This document shows, piece by piece, positions 10,718 through 20,832 of a stretch of DNA of 64,000 nucleotides. A program made the position numbers and the translations under genes. This DNA comes from Savitreella phatthalungensis (lineage: Eukaryota): positions 186,001-250,000 of the forward strand of contig AP039704.1 in NCBI GenBank assembly GCA_051599415.1, written 5' to 3'. Positions within the stretch are counted from its first letter, which is position 1. Each line of letters opens with the position of its first letter. Below the pieces are notes generated by a model, which saw only the letters and a list, made by a program, of their open reading frames with translations, was not told the origin of the DNA and made no database searches.

Positions 10718-10821
10718 ATCGATCAATATCAACAGATTGAAATGCTCAATCTGAAACGATACACTTTCGAGTGAAGAGAAACAGTCTGGAAATCCTGAAA
10801 CTCCAGATTCCAGATAGCAAC

Positions 10822-10850
10822 GTGGGGCATACTATACTTTCGTCCCTCAC
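10822..10850. repeat. Copy 2 of dispersed element GTGGGGCATACT...TTTCGTCC(C)TCAC
   Basis: Same orientation as 7972-8005. Confidence 0.8.
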
Positions 10851-10997
10851 CAGCTCACAGTTGACCGACCCACATGTCAGATCACGAGCACGACCACGAG
10901 CACATTCACGTGCGGAAATCCAGGAATAGAACTGCTCGAGCGTCCCTACAACACACAGCTAACTCGCCACTGAGAGTATTGTAGATTATGGCCATCT

Positions 10998-13358
10998 CTA
11001 CGAGACACCAATCATCTCAGAGTCTTCTGACCAGCTAGCCACTAGCTCTGACTCTGGTACTTTCAGCCGTAGCCTGCAGTGTCGGACTGACGGCGATTTC
11101 TCCAGGTAGATGATAGCAGATTCTGCTAGCTGCTGAGCAACTCTCAACATGGCCACAGGTTGACTGAGTAGCATACCATCGTCCTTGACGCCGTTCTTTC
11201 GGCTGGCCGAGGACGCCTTGCCGTTTACGTTGTCTCCAAGTGTGATGAGTCGCTCGAGGTCAACTCGACTGTTGACCTTGATCATCCGCACACAGTCCTC
11301 GACAACATCTCCGAGCGTCGTCTCCTGTAGCCCTGATCTGGTTGTGCACGCAACGAGTCCTCGTAAGAGGAGTTTGGCCGTCAGTGATAGTGCTAGGAGA
11401 TATCGCTGGAGAGGTGACGAGGTCATCTGCTCGAACGCTTGACGCATCACCGCGAGCGTGACCTTGCCGTGTGGCTGTGGTGGTGTCGGATGGGCGGCTG
11501 ATGTGCCAGCGGTAGATCCAGCGCCGTTGAGGACATCCGTCACACGACGATGGCGTGGCGTTGCCCCGAATTCCGGCTCGGCAAGCTCGACCGCACGCCG
11601 ACAGATATCCAGTGCTCTTCGTGCATCTCCAGACACACGCGAGACACGCATGCAAGCGTATGTGATCGCTGCATCCTCGACCTCGATGCCAGCCACCGAC
11701 TTGACGCGCGACTTGACGATCGTCACGAGCTGATCGCGTGTGTATGCTGGGAAGGCGATTCGTGTAAGTCCGAGCCGGGAGGATACCTTGTGTGCGAGCG
11801 TACGTTCTGGCAAGTCCATTGTGTTTGCAACGGCCACGACGATGAGCTTTGTTCGCGGCATGTTCGGCCACTGGAAGAAGTTGTACATGACGTCTTGTTT
11901 CGTCGTCGTCAACTGATCCAGCTCGTCCATGAGCACCACGCAAGCTTGTGCGAGTGGGTTCCGCTTGGAGAATTCTCGTTGTAGTAGTGACAGCGCATGA
12001 GCCGGCGTCACCCGCTGACCCATCAAGCACTCCCACAGTTTGCTGTACGCCTGCACTGGATCTGGCATCTTCATGCCATTGATCTCGACAAATCTGAAAG
12101 GGAAGATGTCTCCCTCTGCGGCGCGTTGTTGCAAGACTTTGACCACCTCGCGCACCGTAGCTGTCTTGCCCGTGCCCGGAGTGCCTGACACATATACCAG
12201 GGAGCTCTCGCCTTCTTGGATCGCACTCTCGACCTGCTCATAAATCGCAGCAAATTCGTCCTCACGACACGGTAGCGAGTCTGGCACTTCTGCCACGTGC
12301 AGCCGCTGGCGCGCTAGCTGATGCGGCGATAGCAGCGTCCCGTCCTTCTCGTACACACGAGAGGGTAGTGGTGTGACTTCAAGCGGTGCGTGGACCCGGT
12401 AACTTCGCCCACTGCCTGGCGTAGAGACAACGGTCGATTTTCGAGGGGTACGTGGCGTCCGCGGAGTCTTGGGCGTGGCAGCTTTGGCAGGACGCTTTCG
12501 CTTTCTTGGGGTCTTTGGTACGTCGTCGTCGTCGATGAAATCGTCGTCGTCCTCCTGATCCTCACTATTCAGCTGAGCTTCTTCCCCTGATGAAGGAGAT
12601 AATGACCGTGCTCTAGGCTTGCGCTTCCGTGGCGTTGTAGGCTTTGGGCCAGGCTTGCGTGGAGTCCTTGGTGCGGGAGCGCTGATTTCGTCGTCCTCGC
12701 TGTCTGGAGAACCAGATGCATCGTCACTGCTGTCACTCGCTGCCACGAGCTCGTCCTCAATGTTGTCATAGGTGATTTTGCTCTCAAGGCGCTTCTTCAG
12801 CGCCGGTTTTTCAGCGACAGCATGACGTTTGATGATCTCGTCTATACGGATGTGGAACTCCTTGGGCTCCTGCCGATCTTCCTGCGTGTATGTGTACGAC
12901 CAATCGAGTTCCTTCGTGGTCACCTGGCTCTGGAGCTCCAGGCCATACCTGCAGAAGAAGTGGTTGTCGGGATCTCCCTTCTTCGTGCTCCCGCGACGCT
13001 GCCGTTTTGCCTTGTTCGGCAGGAGATCGTATTGATCTTTCGACAGTACCTCGATCTTGCGGCGGATGGAAGAGACGGGTTCTGGTGAATAGATGGCGGT
13101 GATGAGCAGCTCTTGTGGCTCCTTGCCTCTAAGCTTGTCGAACCACAGGACTTCGACATATTTCTCCTTCGGCCGTCCAACGACACCAAACATGCTCAGT
13201 ACAATCGCGTACTCGCTCGCAGCGTTCCAATCGAGCTCGACCGTGTCGCCAACATGGACGTCGATCGTGCCTCCGATGCGTGCACTCCGATAGAGCTGCC
13301 TATTCTGACGAGTCTGATCGACAAGTCCGGCACTCGTCCACTCGACTTTCCGAGACAT
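10998..13358 (-). CDS. ORC1: Origin recognition complex subunit 1 (BAH + AAA+)
   Basis: N-terminal BAH-like domain, TP[RK]K CDK sites, LHVAEVPDSLPCREDEF, Walker A SGTPGTGKT, Walker B VLMDELD, ANTMDLPER, SGDARRALDICRRA. Confidence 0.96.
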   Translation of the reverse strand: MSRKVEWTSAGLVDQTRQNRQLYRSARIGGTIDVHVGDTVELDWNAASEYAIVLSMFGVVGRPKEKYVEVLWFDKLRGKEPQELLITAIYSPEPVSSIRRKIEVLSKDQYDLLPNKAKRQRRGSTKKGDPDNHFFCRYGLELQSQVTTKELDWSYTYTQEDRQEPKEFHIRIDEIIKRHAVAEKPALKKRLESKITYDNIEDELVAASDSSDDASGSPDSEDDEISAPAPRTPRKPGPKPTTPRKRKPRARSLSPSSGEEAQLNSEDQEDDDDFIDDDDVPKTPRKRKRPAKAATPKTPRTPRTPRKSTVVSTPGSGRSYRVHAPLEVTPLPSRVYEKDGTLLSPHQLARQRLHVAEVPDSLPCREDEFAAIYEQVESAIQEGESSLVYVSGTPGTGKTATVREVVKVLQQRAAEGDIFPFRFVEINGMKMPDPVQAYSKLWECLMGQRVTPAHALSLLQREFSKRNPLAQACVVLMDELDQLTTTKQDVMYNFFQWPNMPRTKLIVVAVANTMDLPERTLAHKVSSRLGLTRIAFPAYTRDQLVTIVKSRVKSVAGIEVEDAAITYACMRVSRVSGDARRALDICRRAVELAEPEFGATPRHRRVTDVLNGAGSTAGTSAAHPTPPQPHGKVTLAVMRQAFEQMTSSPLQRYLLALSLTAKLLLRGLVACTTRSGLQETTLGDVVEDCVRMIKVNSRVDLERLITLGDNVNGKASSASRKNGVKDDGMLLSQPVAMLRVAQQLAESAIIYLEKSPSVRHCRLRLKVPESELVASWSEDSEMIGVS

Positions 13359-13635
13359 GATCCTTCAGCTACTCGATCTCATTACTCCCACGGCGAGCTG
13401 CTATGGCATCGAGGAAGAGACCATTTTGTGAGATCGTGGATCGATGATCGTGCATCCGAGGACAAGCTAGATCAATATCCTCATTGACGCCTCCTGAAGA
13501 TCTAATTGCATGATCTCCAGAGCTGAACAATATATTTGGCAGGCAATCGTCATACGTCAGTACAGCGGACCTCATCACACGAGCTATGCACCAGCATCTA
13601 TAGAAGACATCGATTGGAGGACGACAGCGATACTC

Positions 13636-15021
13636 ATGGGTTTGACGGTGGATGATCTACCGGCAGAGGTGCTGATCAATACTTTCTCGCACATTCCGGA
13701 GGATTTGGGTCGAGGATGCTTGGTGTCGAAGCACTTCCACCGGAGCTTGACGCCGTACCTGTACTCGTCGCCGCAGCTGCGTGACACGGACGCGTACCTC
13801 GCCTTCGCAGAGACCATCCTGAGTCGTCGATCGCTCGGCAAGCACGTACGCTTTATGAATCTTGAGCGGGTGATAGGGACGCTGAAGACGGTGCGGTTGC
13901 CGGAGGTGATGCGGTGCTGCCGACGGATGCGGGAGTTCACGGCTGCGCAGGCGAGTTTCACGTCGTACATGATATCTGCGCTGGGTGAGTGGGAGGATCT
14001 GCGAGTGCTCGACCTGTGCTACGTGTGCGAGCGGTTCGAGATGAGTAAGGTCGTCAACGCCTGCTCGTCCCTCCCAAAGCTGCATACGCTCAGGTGGCCG
14101 CGCTGCCAGGTCTCCGGCGTGTACCCGATCAGGAAATACCCGCCTGTACTCAGGTCTCTCAGTGTTCGTGGGGGTGTGCGTGACGACGCGCTTCGCAAGA
14201 TGGCTTCTCCGACAGCTCCGGCCCCGACGCCCGAGACGCTGGAACACGTGAGTGTGTCGTACTCTCCGACTCTCGGTGCGCCGGCCGTGCTGACCTGGCT
14301 CGCCAGCATGCCACAGACGCTGACGAAGGTCGAGGTGACATGGCCTCTGATCAGGTTCGGTCACAACGCGCTCGACGCTTTGCTCTTGGTCTTGCCACAG
14401 GTCACACACGTTCGTGTCTCGGTGGACTATCTGAGCGCACGCTTCCTGGAGAATGCACACACGAAGCTGGAGCGGCTTGACTTGCTATTCAGCGGCGTGG
14501 GCATGCATCGTGGATTCACATTCGACGACTTGCACGAGGCGATTGAGGCTGTTGATGTGCCTGAGGTCGACGATGCGGCAGAGTCACTAGAGGCAACAAT
14601 ACAGGTTCCCGGAACTTTACGGTTTCCAAGGCTCTCCATCATCGCTACGTCACCACGGCTAGATGACTTGCTATTCGGTAAGCCAAGGCTGTCGACGAAG
14701 CTTCGTGCGCTCAAGGCTAGCGGGTTCGGTACGCCTTCGGACGGACCTGTCACGAGTGTCAGGATGGACGATGGTCGCGAGGTGGCCATTCCGTTGGAGG
14801 GTTTGGAACGACCTCGATTGCCACCACTGCAGGACAAGATCAAGGGACAACGCCAGTCAGACTCAGCCAGTGAGGCCTTTGTCGATGATGTTGAGGACGA
14901 CTTTGGGGTTGATGCTGATGCAGAACGACGGATTATGCAAGACGTCTGCGATGGACGAGGAATCAGCTGGTGGATCGTACCAGATTCATACGTGCCGGAT
15001 GACGCGCAGTGGCACTTCTAG
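13636..15021 (+). CDS. F-box/LRR protein (Pof5/YDR306C-like)
   Basis: F-box LPAEVLINTFSHI...CLVSKHF, followed by LRR-like segments (LRVLDL, LHTLRWPRC). Start placed at MGLTVDD; upstream in-frame ATG at 13510 is also possible. Confidence 0.8.
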   Translation: MGLTVDDLPAEVLINTFSHIPEDLGRGCLVSKHFHRSLTPYLYSSPQLRDTDAYLAFAETILSRRSLGKHVRFMNLERVIGTLKTVRLPEVMRCCRRMREFTAAQASFTSYMISALGEWEDLRVLDLCYVCERFEMSKVVNACSSLPKLHTLRWPRCQVSGVYPIRKYPPVLRSLSVRGGVRDDALRKMASPTAPAPTPETLEHVSVSYSPTLGAPAVLTWLASMPQTLTKVEVTWPLIRFGHNALDALLLVLPQVTHVRVSVDYLSARFLENAHTKLERLDLLFSGVGMHRGFTFDDLHEAIEAVDVPEVDDAAESLEATIQVPGTLRFPRLSIIATSPRLDDLLFGKPRLSTKLRALKASGFGTPSDGPVTSVRMDDGREVAIPLEGLERPRLPPLQDKIKGQRQSDSASEAFVDDVEDDFGVDADAERRIMQDVCDGRGISWWIVPDSYVPDDAQWHF

Positions 15022-15164
15022 ATGAGACGGCTTTTTCAGGCCCTGCGTAATCGCAAACAGGTGTGGAGATGAGAGATGTACTGATGTACGGATGTGATGT
15101 ATGAGAAGAGCTAGCTAATGATACAAAATACATGCATGTTTGCAAAGAGATGATGTCAAGTGGT

Positions 15165-17318
15165 TCATGAAAAGTCCTCGTCCCTGTCAGCTGAGAATGA
15201 GCGACGAGGTCTAGATGTGAAGTCTGAGCCGCCATCAGCACGCCTCTCTCGTCGGAAGACCGGACGGTCACCGAAGCTTCTCGGCGGCTGGTCATCGAAG
15301 GAGCGCGGGGGACGATCGCCAAACGAGCGAGGTGGTCGGTCGCCGAATGAGCGCGGGGGACGATCGCCAGAGGACCGAGGCGAGCGGGTGTACTCTCCTT
15401 CACTGCGGTCGGAGAAGCTGCCGCGACGGTTGAAGTTGGATCGCTGGCGGTCGCCGAAGTCACGGCCGCCTGCGAATGGACGACGGTCGCGGAAGGCGTT
15501 TTCCCCGCGGTCGTAGCGTCTGCCGCTCGTGCGCGGCGGCGGCGAATCGCCAGCGAGGAGCATTCGGCTGATCGGCGGCACCCTGTTGTCTTCCTCCTCG
15601 CACGCGCCGCCGCGGTTGTGCGCGCGGAACCAGTCTTCCAGCACGCCGACGATGTTGCGGCGAGTGGTGTCGAGCTCACGCGCGCGCGGAAGCATCGATC
15701 CCGTCAGGGACGAGAAGGCACCACGGAGTGTCTCGCGATCGACGTTCTTGAGCGCCGTCGCTGCGGCAGACGCCGTTTCGGCTGCAGAGGCGCTTGACAG
15801 GATGTCCTGTTCAACAATCGGCAGTCCGGAACCTGCAAGAACTTGGCTGGCGAAGACTGCTTCTGACGGATCGACCATCAGGAAAGCTTGGCCGGACTTG
15901 CCGGCTCGGCCAGTACGGCCGATGCGATGCACATAGATGTCGCGCGAAGAGGCTGCGCCAATCTGCACCACCAGTCCGACGTTTGGGTAGTCGACGCCTC
16001 GTGCAGAAACATCAGTTGTGAGCAGTACTGCAGGTCCAGTGGCCTGACGGAAACGACGAGCAGTGGATTCCCTGTTGGCCTGCGTGCGGGCCGAGTGAAT
16101 TTCGAAGAACGATGTACGACGCATTGGGAGCAGGTCTACGAGCGTGCGCTTTGCAAAGTATTCGGCGTAGAGCTTCGTAGTCTTTGTCGTTGGGAGGAAG
16201 ACGATGACCTTTGATGCTTCGTGGCTGGCTGGATCGCGTTGGAAGTCTGCGAGGAGAGTCGTTAGAGCTTGAAGTTGGTCCTTCATGGGCACAGCTGCCC
16301 ATTTCTGAGGGATGCGCATATGGACATCGACCTGACCCTTCGGTACCGTATCGATGTAGTGGAAACCCTCCTTGAGATGGTTGCGTGCGACCTCGCGGAT
16401 CTCCGGAGACAATGTGGCGGAGAACATGTATGTGCGACGATCTTCTGGCGTATGAGCGAGAATTCCATCGAGCTCGTCCTTAAAGCCCATTTCCAGTAGA
16501 GTGTCAGCCTCGTCGAGTACGACTGTGTGGATGCGAGAGACGAGATCGCGGAAGACTTCCTCAGTCTGGAGCATGTCAAACAGGCGGCCAGGTGTGCCGA
16601 CAATGATGTCGCACGCAGCCTTGCCGCTTTTTAGGCCGTACATGACCTGCTGCTTGCTCTCGCCACCGACACAGACCAGGGCGCCAAGGTCAAGTGAGCG
16701 ACCGGTCAACTTGCCAGCTTCGACGGCAATCTGCTTTGCCAGCTCGCGCGTGGGAGAGATGATGAGAACTGCAGGGCGATCTTTGCGCTGCCTCATGAGA
16801 AGACGCTCCTCGCGAGACGGCTGTGCACCTCTGCGTGCCTGAAAAGCCGGTCGTGCCTGTTTGTCGGTCGAGATACCGGCAGACTCAAGCGCCTCGACGG
16901 AACGTTGGACCGCTGGCACGAGGAAGCCAAGCGTCTTGCCAGTACCGGTGCGAGATCGTACTAGCAGATCAAAGTTCGAATCAATGGAGGAGACTACCTC
17001 TTTCTGTACATTCGTCATTGTCTCGTAACCGAAACCTGTCTGGACGGCTCGGAGAAGCTTTGGGTGTAGCTTGCCTGCAAAGTCTGTCCATCTTGCCGAT
17101 GCCGCAGCATTCGATGTCTCCTCGAAGGAAGGCGATCCAGATTCTGCTGGCTCATGGTCGACGTCTTCTGCGAGTACAGCACTCGAGGCTCCGGACGAGA
17201 GAGGCCGGTTGCCACTCAGACGGCATGGTAGCTGCAGACCGAGTCTGAGAGGTGCAGACAACGGCCGTCCAAGAGGCAGTACATGACGCGCTAGCTGCGC
17301 AATTGAAGTTCTGACCAT
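15165..17318 (-). CDS. MSS116: Mitochondrial DEAD-box RNA helicase (Mss116/CYT-19 family)
   Basis: Arg/Leu-rich mitochondrial presequence, Q motif MTNVQ, TGTGKT, PTRELA, TPGR, DEAD, SAT, ARGVDYP, HRIGRTGRAG, and a basic RG/RS-rich tail. Confidence 0.88.
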   Translation of the reverse strand: MVRTSIAQLARHVLPLGRPLSAPLRLGLQLPCRLSGNRPLSSGASSAVLAEDVDHEPAESGSPSFEETSNAAASARWTDFAGKLHPKLLRAVQTGFGYETMTNVQKEVVSSIDSNFDLLVRSRTGTGKTLGFLVPAVQRSVEALESAGISTDKQARPAFQARRGAQPSREERLLMRQRKDRPAVLIISPTRELAKQIAVEAGKLTGRSLDLGALVCVGGESKQQVMYGLKSGKAACDIIVGTPGRLFDMLQTEEVFRDLVSRIHTVVLDEADTLLEMGFKDELDGILAHTPEDRRTYMFSATLSPEIREVARNHLKEGFHYIDTVPKGQVDVHMRIPQKWAAVPMKDQLQALTTLLADFQRDPASHEASKVIVFLPTTKTTKLYAEYFAKRTLVDLLPMRRTSFFEIHSARTQANRESTARRFRQATGPAVLLTTDVSARGVDYPNVGLVVQIGAASSRDIYVHRIGRTGRAGKSGQAFLMVDPSEAVFASQVLAGSGLPIVEQDILSSASAAETASAAATALKNVDRETLRGAFSSLTGSMLPRARELDTTRRNIVGVLEDWFRAHNRGGACEEEDNRVPPISRMLLAGDSPPPRTSGRRYDRGENAFRDRRPFAGGRDFGDRQRSNFNRRGSFSDRSEGEYTRSPRSSGDRPPRSFGDRPPRSFGDRPPRSFDDQPPRSFGDRPVFRRERRADGGSDFTSRPRRSFSADRDEDFS
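15261..15368 (-). repeat. Coding 24-nt tandem repeat (DRPPRSFG) x ~4.5 in the helicase tail
   Basis: Protein GDRPPRSFGDRPPRSFGDRPPRSFDDQPPRSFGDRP, with synonymous divergence between units. Confidence 0.9.
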
Positions 17319-19034
17319 CTAAGAGCTCAGTGACATGCTCCCAAGGCCTAGTCAAAAGTCTTGTGACGTGATGAAGGGTGCCTATTGAGTGACTCTTAGC
17401 TGATTTTAGACTTTTAGTGAATGAATGATTTAGTTGTGCATTCGATTGATTGTATCATTGGATCGTGCCTGGCCAAGACAGTGTTTGAAAAAGTTGTATA
17501 CTGACGTGAATTTAATTGAAATTGATCAGATCTCCTCTGTGTTGCTGCATCCAAATCGCAATGGAATTCATTGACTTGGAATTCAGAACTCGCCAGGAAG
17601 AGTAAGAGACTTGCACGTGCAAGTTCAATGCTCACCATGCAGCACAGACAATCTTGTTGCTCGCCACATACTTCACTAGACAACTGTCAGTCTGTCAGTC
17701 TGTCAAGTCCAGCACAAATGACAGTCTCAAGAGTGTCCAAGTCAGCGTCAATAGCAGAGATAGCTGCAAAGTAAGCTCCATCGGAAGGCGATAGTCTCGT
17801 GGACGCAATGCTACCAGGAGCAATATTGTGGATCCTCAGGTGCAATCCAGCTGAAATGCCTTTCTGTCGAGCGATTTATTTAACTTTGCGTCTCCCAATT
17901 CATGCCCCTGTAGAAGCATTCAAGAGTTGTCCATGGCTAGAAGGATATAGACAACATTCTCAGATGATGATCCATGCCTTGCGAGTAGTCAACCTGGAGC
18001 TTGTCGGATGCACGGCGATCTTTCCTGAGAAACAGCAATTGATGATAGCTATGTACACAATTGTAGGGTAATCGTTGATTTGATGATTTGAGAATGCACA
18101 CATGGGTCTATTTCTGTTGACTGAATCAAGCGAGTACCCTGCAGGGCAGGGCATTTGCGGATGGTTGTGCATGTATTGTTCTGTTGAATTGTGCATTCGG
18201 AAGAATTCTAATGGTCGATCTCTCGTATACAGTAGTTATCAATGATACACGTGGACTCTCTGATTCGTCTGCAGACAATTCATCGATATATAAATTATAT
18301 GCTATACAAATTTATGTGTACAGGACTGGATGATTGGCAATCACCCAGAGTACTTTGGCCAGGAATCTTGACCATCGGGTATTGGAAATTGCGACATTCT
18401 CTTAAATCTGCAACAGTCTGAATTAATTACGCAAAAAGGCATGGATCGCGTTAATTCTGTTAAAAGATCTGGAGAAACGTTATACAGAGATAGAGCAGAT
18501 CTAATCAGGAGAGTAAGATGAATGAACCAATCGAATAAAATGAAGAAACATGTGAATGGAAGATATTGTGACTCGGTGACTTCATACACTGCATAATACA
18601 CTATAGCGTACGTATAAATAGTACGATCAATGGTGTAATTTACAGGCAGGCACCCAGGCAGATCGATTGATCGCCAAAAGATTTTAGATTTTAGGAAATG
18701 GTGAAATGGTGAAATTTTGGATGGAGTAAAGCGGCAGTAGCAGCACCAGGAGCACTTGGAGCACACTAGCACGTAACGCCGGCTATCCTCATCCTCGAAT
18801 CCCCGACCACACCACACACACACTCAGTCACACACCTGCAATCATCCTTTCCTGACCACCAACGTCCTCTCTCTATTGTGTGTGTGTCTCTCTCTCCTGA
18901 TTCACTCACCCATCCACTCACTCGCATCCTCACTCACTCTCTCACTCACTCACTCGATCCAGTCACACCTCAAATATACAGATCACCCCCGAAAGAGTCA
19001 CAACCTCCATATACACATCTCTAGACCTCTAATC

Positions 19035-20180
19035 ATGTCCACTTTCCTTTTCACATCCGAGTCTGTGGGCGAGGGACACCCAGACAAGATCTGTGACCAG
19101 GTCTCTGACGCCATTCTCGATGCCTGCCTCAGGGAGGACCCACTCTCCAAGGTTGCCTGCGAGACAGCCGCAAAGACCGGCATGATCATGGTCTTTGGTG
19201 AGATCACCACAAAGGCAAAGCTCGACTTCCAGAAGGTCGTCCGCGACACCATCAAGCAGATTGGCTACGACCACTCCGACAAGGGTTTCGACTACAAGAC
19301 CTGCAACGTTCTCGTCGCCATCGAGCAGCAGTCACCAGACATTGCTCAGGGTCTCCACTACGAGAAGGCCCTGGAGGAGCTTGGTGCTGGTGACCAGGGT
19401 ATCATGTTCGGATACGCTTCCGACGAGACGCCCGAGTACCTCCCACTCACCATCCTCCTCTCCCACAAGCTGAACATGGCCATGTCTGCCGCTCGCCGGG
19501 ACGGCTCCCTCGGCTGGCTCCGACCGGACTCGAAGACACAGGTCACCGTGGAGTACAAGAACGAGGGTGGCCGGGTGATTCCGCAGCGCGTCGACACCGT
19601 CGTCGTGTCTGTCCAGCACGCTGAGGAGATCTCGACAGAGGACCTCCGTTCCGAGATCCTCGAGAAGATCATCAAGAAGACGATCCCATCGCAGTACCTG
19701 GACGACAAGACGATCTACCACATCCAGCCATCCGGCCGTTTCGTCATCGGTGGACCCCAGGGTGACGCCGGTCTGACTGGCCGCAAGATCATCGTCGACA
19801 CATACGGTGGTTGGGGCGCCCACGGTGGCGGTGCCTTCTCCGGCAAGGACTTCTCCAAGGTCGACCGTTCTGCAGCCTACTGCGCTCGCTGGATCGCCAA
19901 GTCTCTGCTGGCGTCTGGCCTCGCGAAGCGTGCGCTCGTCCAGCTCTCGTACGCAATCGGTGTTGCCGAGCCGCTGTCGATCTTCGTCGAGACTTACGGC
20001 ACATCCGACAAGTCCTCTGACGAGCTCGTCAAGATCATCCGTGACAACTTCGACCTCCGTCCAGGATCGATCGTCAAGGAGCTCAAGCTTCAGACACCTT
20101 GGTACCTCAGCACCGCTTCCAACGGCCACTTCACAGACCAGTCAAAGTCCTGGGAGCAGCCTAAGCAGCTCAAGTTCTAA
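19035..20180 (+). CDS. SAM1: S-adenosylmethionine synthetase
   Basis: [50 protein letters not shown]; strong codon bias. True start is ATG 19035, not the ORF-track TTG. Confidence 0.98.
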   Translation: MSTFLFTSESVGEGHPDKICDQVSDAILDACLREDPLSKVACETAAKTGMIMVFGEITTKAKLDFQKVVRDTIKQIGYDHSDKGFDYKTCNVLVAIEQQSPDIAQGLHYEKALEELGAGDQGIMFGYASDETPEYLPLTILLSHKLNMAMSAARRDGSLGWLRPDSKTQVTVEYKNEGGRVIPQRVDTVVVSVQHAEEISTEDLRSEILEKIIKKTIPSQYLDDKTIYHIQPSGRFVIGGPQGDAGLTGRKIIVDTYGGWGAHGGGAFSGKDFSKVDRSAAYCARWIAKSLLASGLAKRALVQLSYAIGVAEPLSIFVETYGTSDKSSDELVKIIRDNFDLRPGSIVKELKLQTPWYLSTASNGHFTDQSKSWEQPKQLKF

Positions 20181-20832
20181 AAAAAAAAAAGTTTGAAAGA
20201 TCAACGAAAAGCCGGATCGGTCTAATGACTAGGCCTGCCTGTATTTGCACAATCCAGATCAACTCTGGTCCATTGTCGAGCGACGCTTCATTTATTTTCA
20301 TTCACCTTCTATTCCCAGTCCCAGTTCGGGAGGGAAAGAGATTCCGATTAGAGTTACGGAACTTTTCCCTTTTGTCGCTTTCCCATCAGGATTTTACAGC
20401 AGGTCTGTCGCCATGCATCTTCCTCTCACCGCCTTTTCTCTTTCTCTCTTTCTCCCTCATCTTCCGTACACACCTTCACACTCTCACACGGGGAGATGGA
20501 CATCCATCGCCTCCCCTCGTGACCTTGTACTAGCTTCGACGAAACTCAACGTTATAACGAACTTCACCTCCCTAGTCCGCCTTTTTCTTTTTTTTTACAC
20601 ACAAAACACACCTTTAGACATACACCTATACTCACAAAAGAGACTTAAAAGCATTTCTTCAACGGGCACACGATCGATCGAGTGAATGATAAAGTCCTTG
20701 CGATTCAAGACTATTGGATGTAGTAGTAGTAGCGTGAAAAGTTTAAAAAGAGTGGGCTGGAGGCGATGACTAGTCTACATTGGTCGCAGTCCTTTCGGTG
20801 ATTGCGCTGTTGGATGTGAAGGTAAGGGGAAA

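Noticed and set aside
18876..19034. N-terminal extension of SAM synthetase in the ORF track (likewise SEC13 47258-47440, TRM8 33333-33416)
   Set aside because: Homology begins at the downstream ATG. The SAM extension is a translated TCAC repeat from a TTG start.
20179..20190. A12 run directly at the SAM synthetase stop, suggesting a retrocopy
   Set aside because: No 3' UTR precedes it, no target-site duplication is seen, and neighbouring genes are intronless too.
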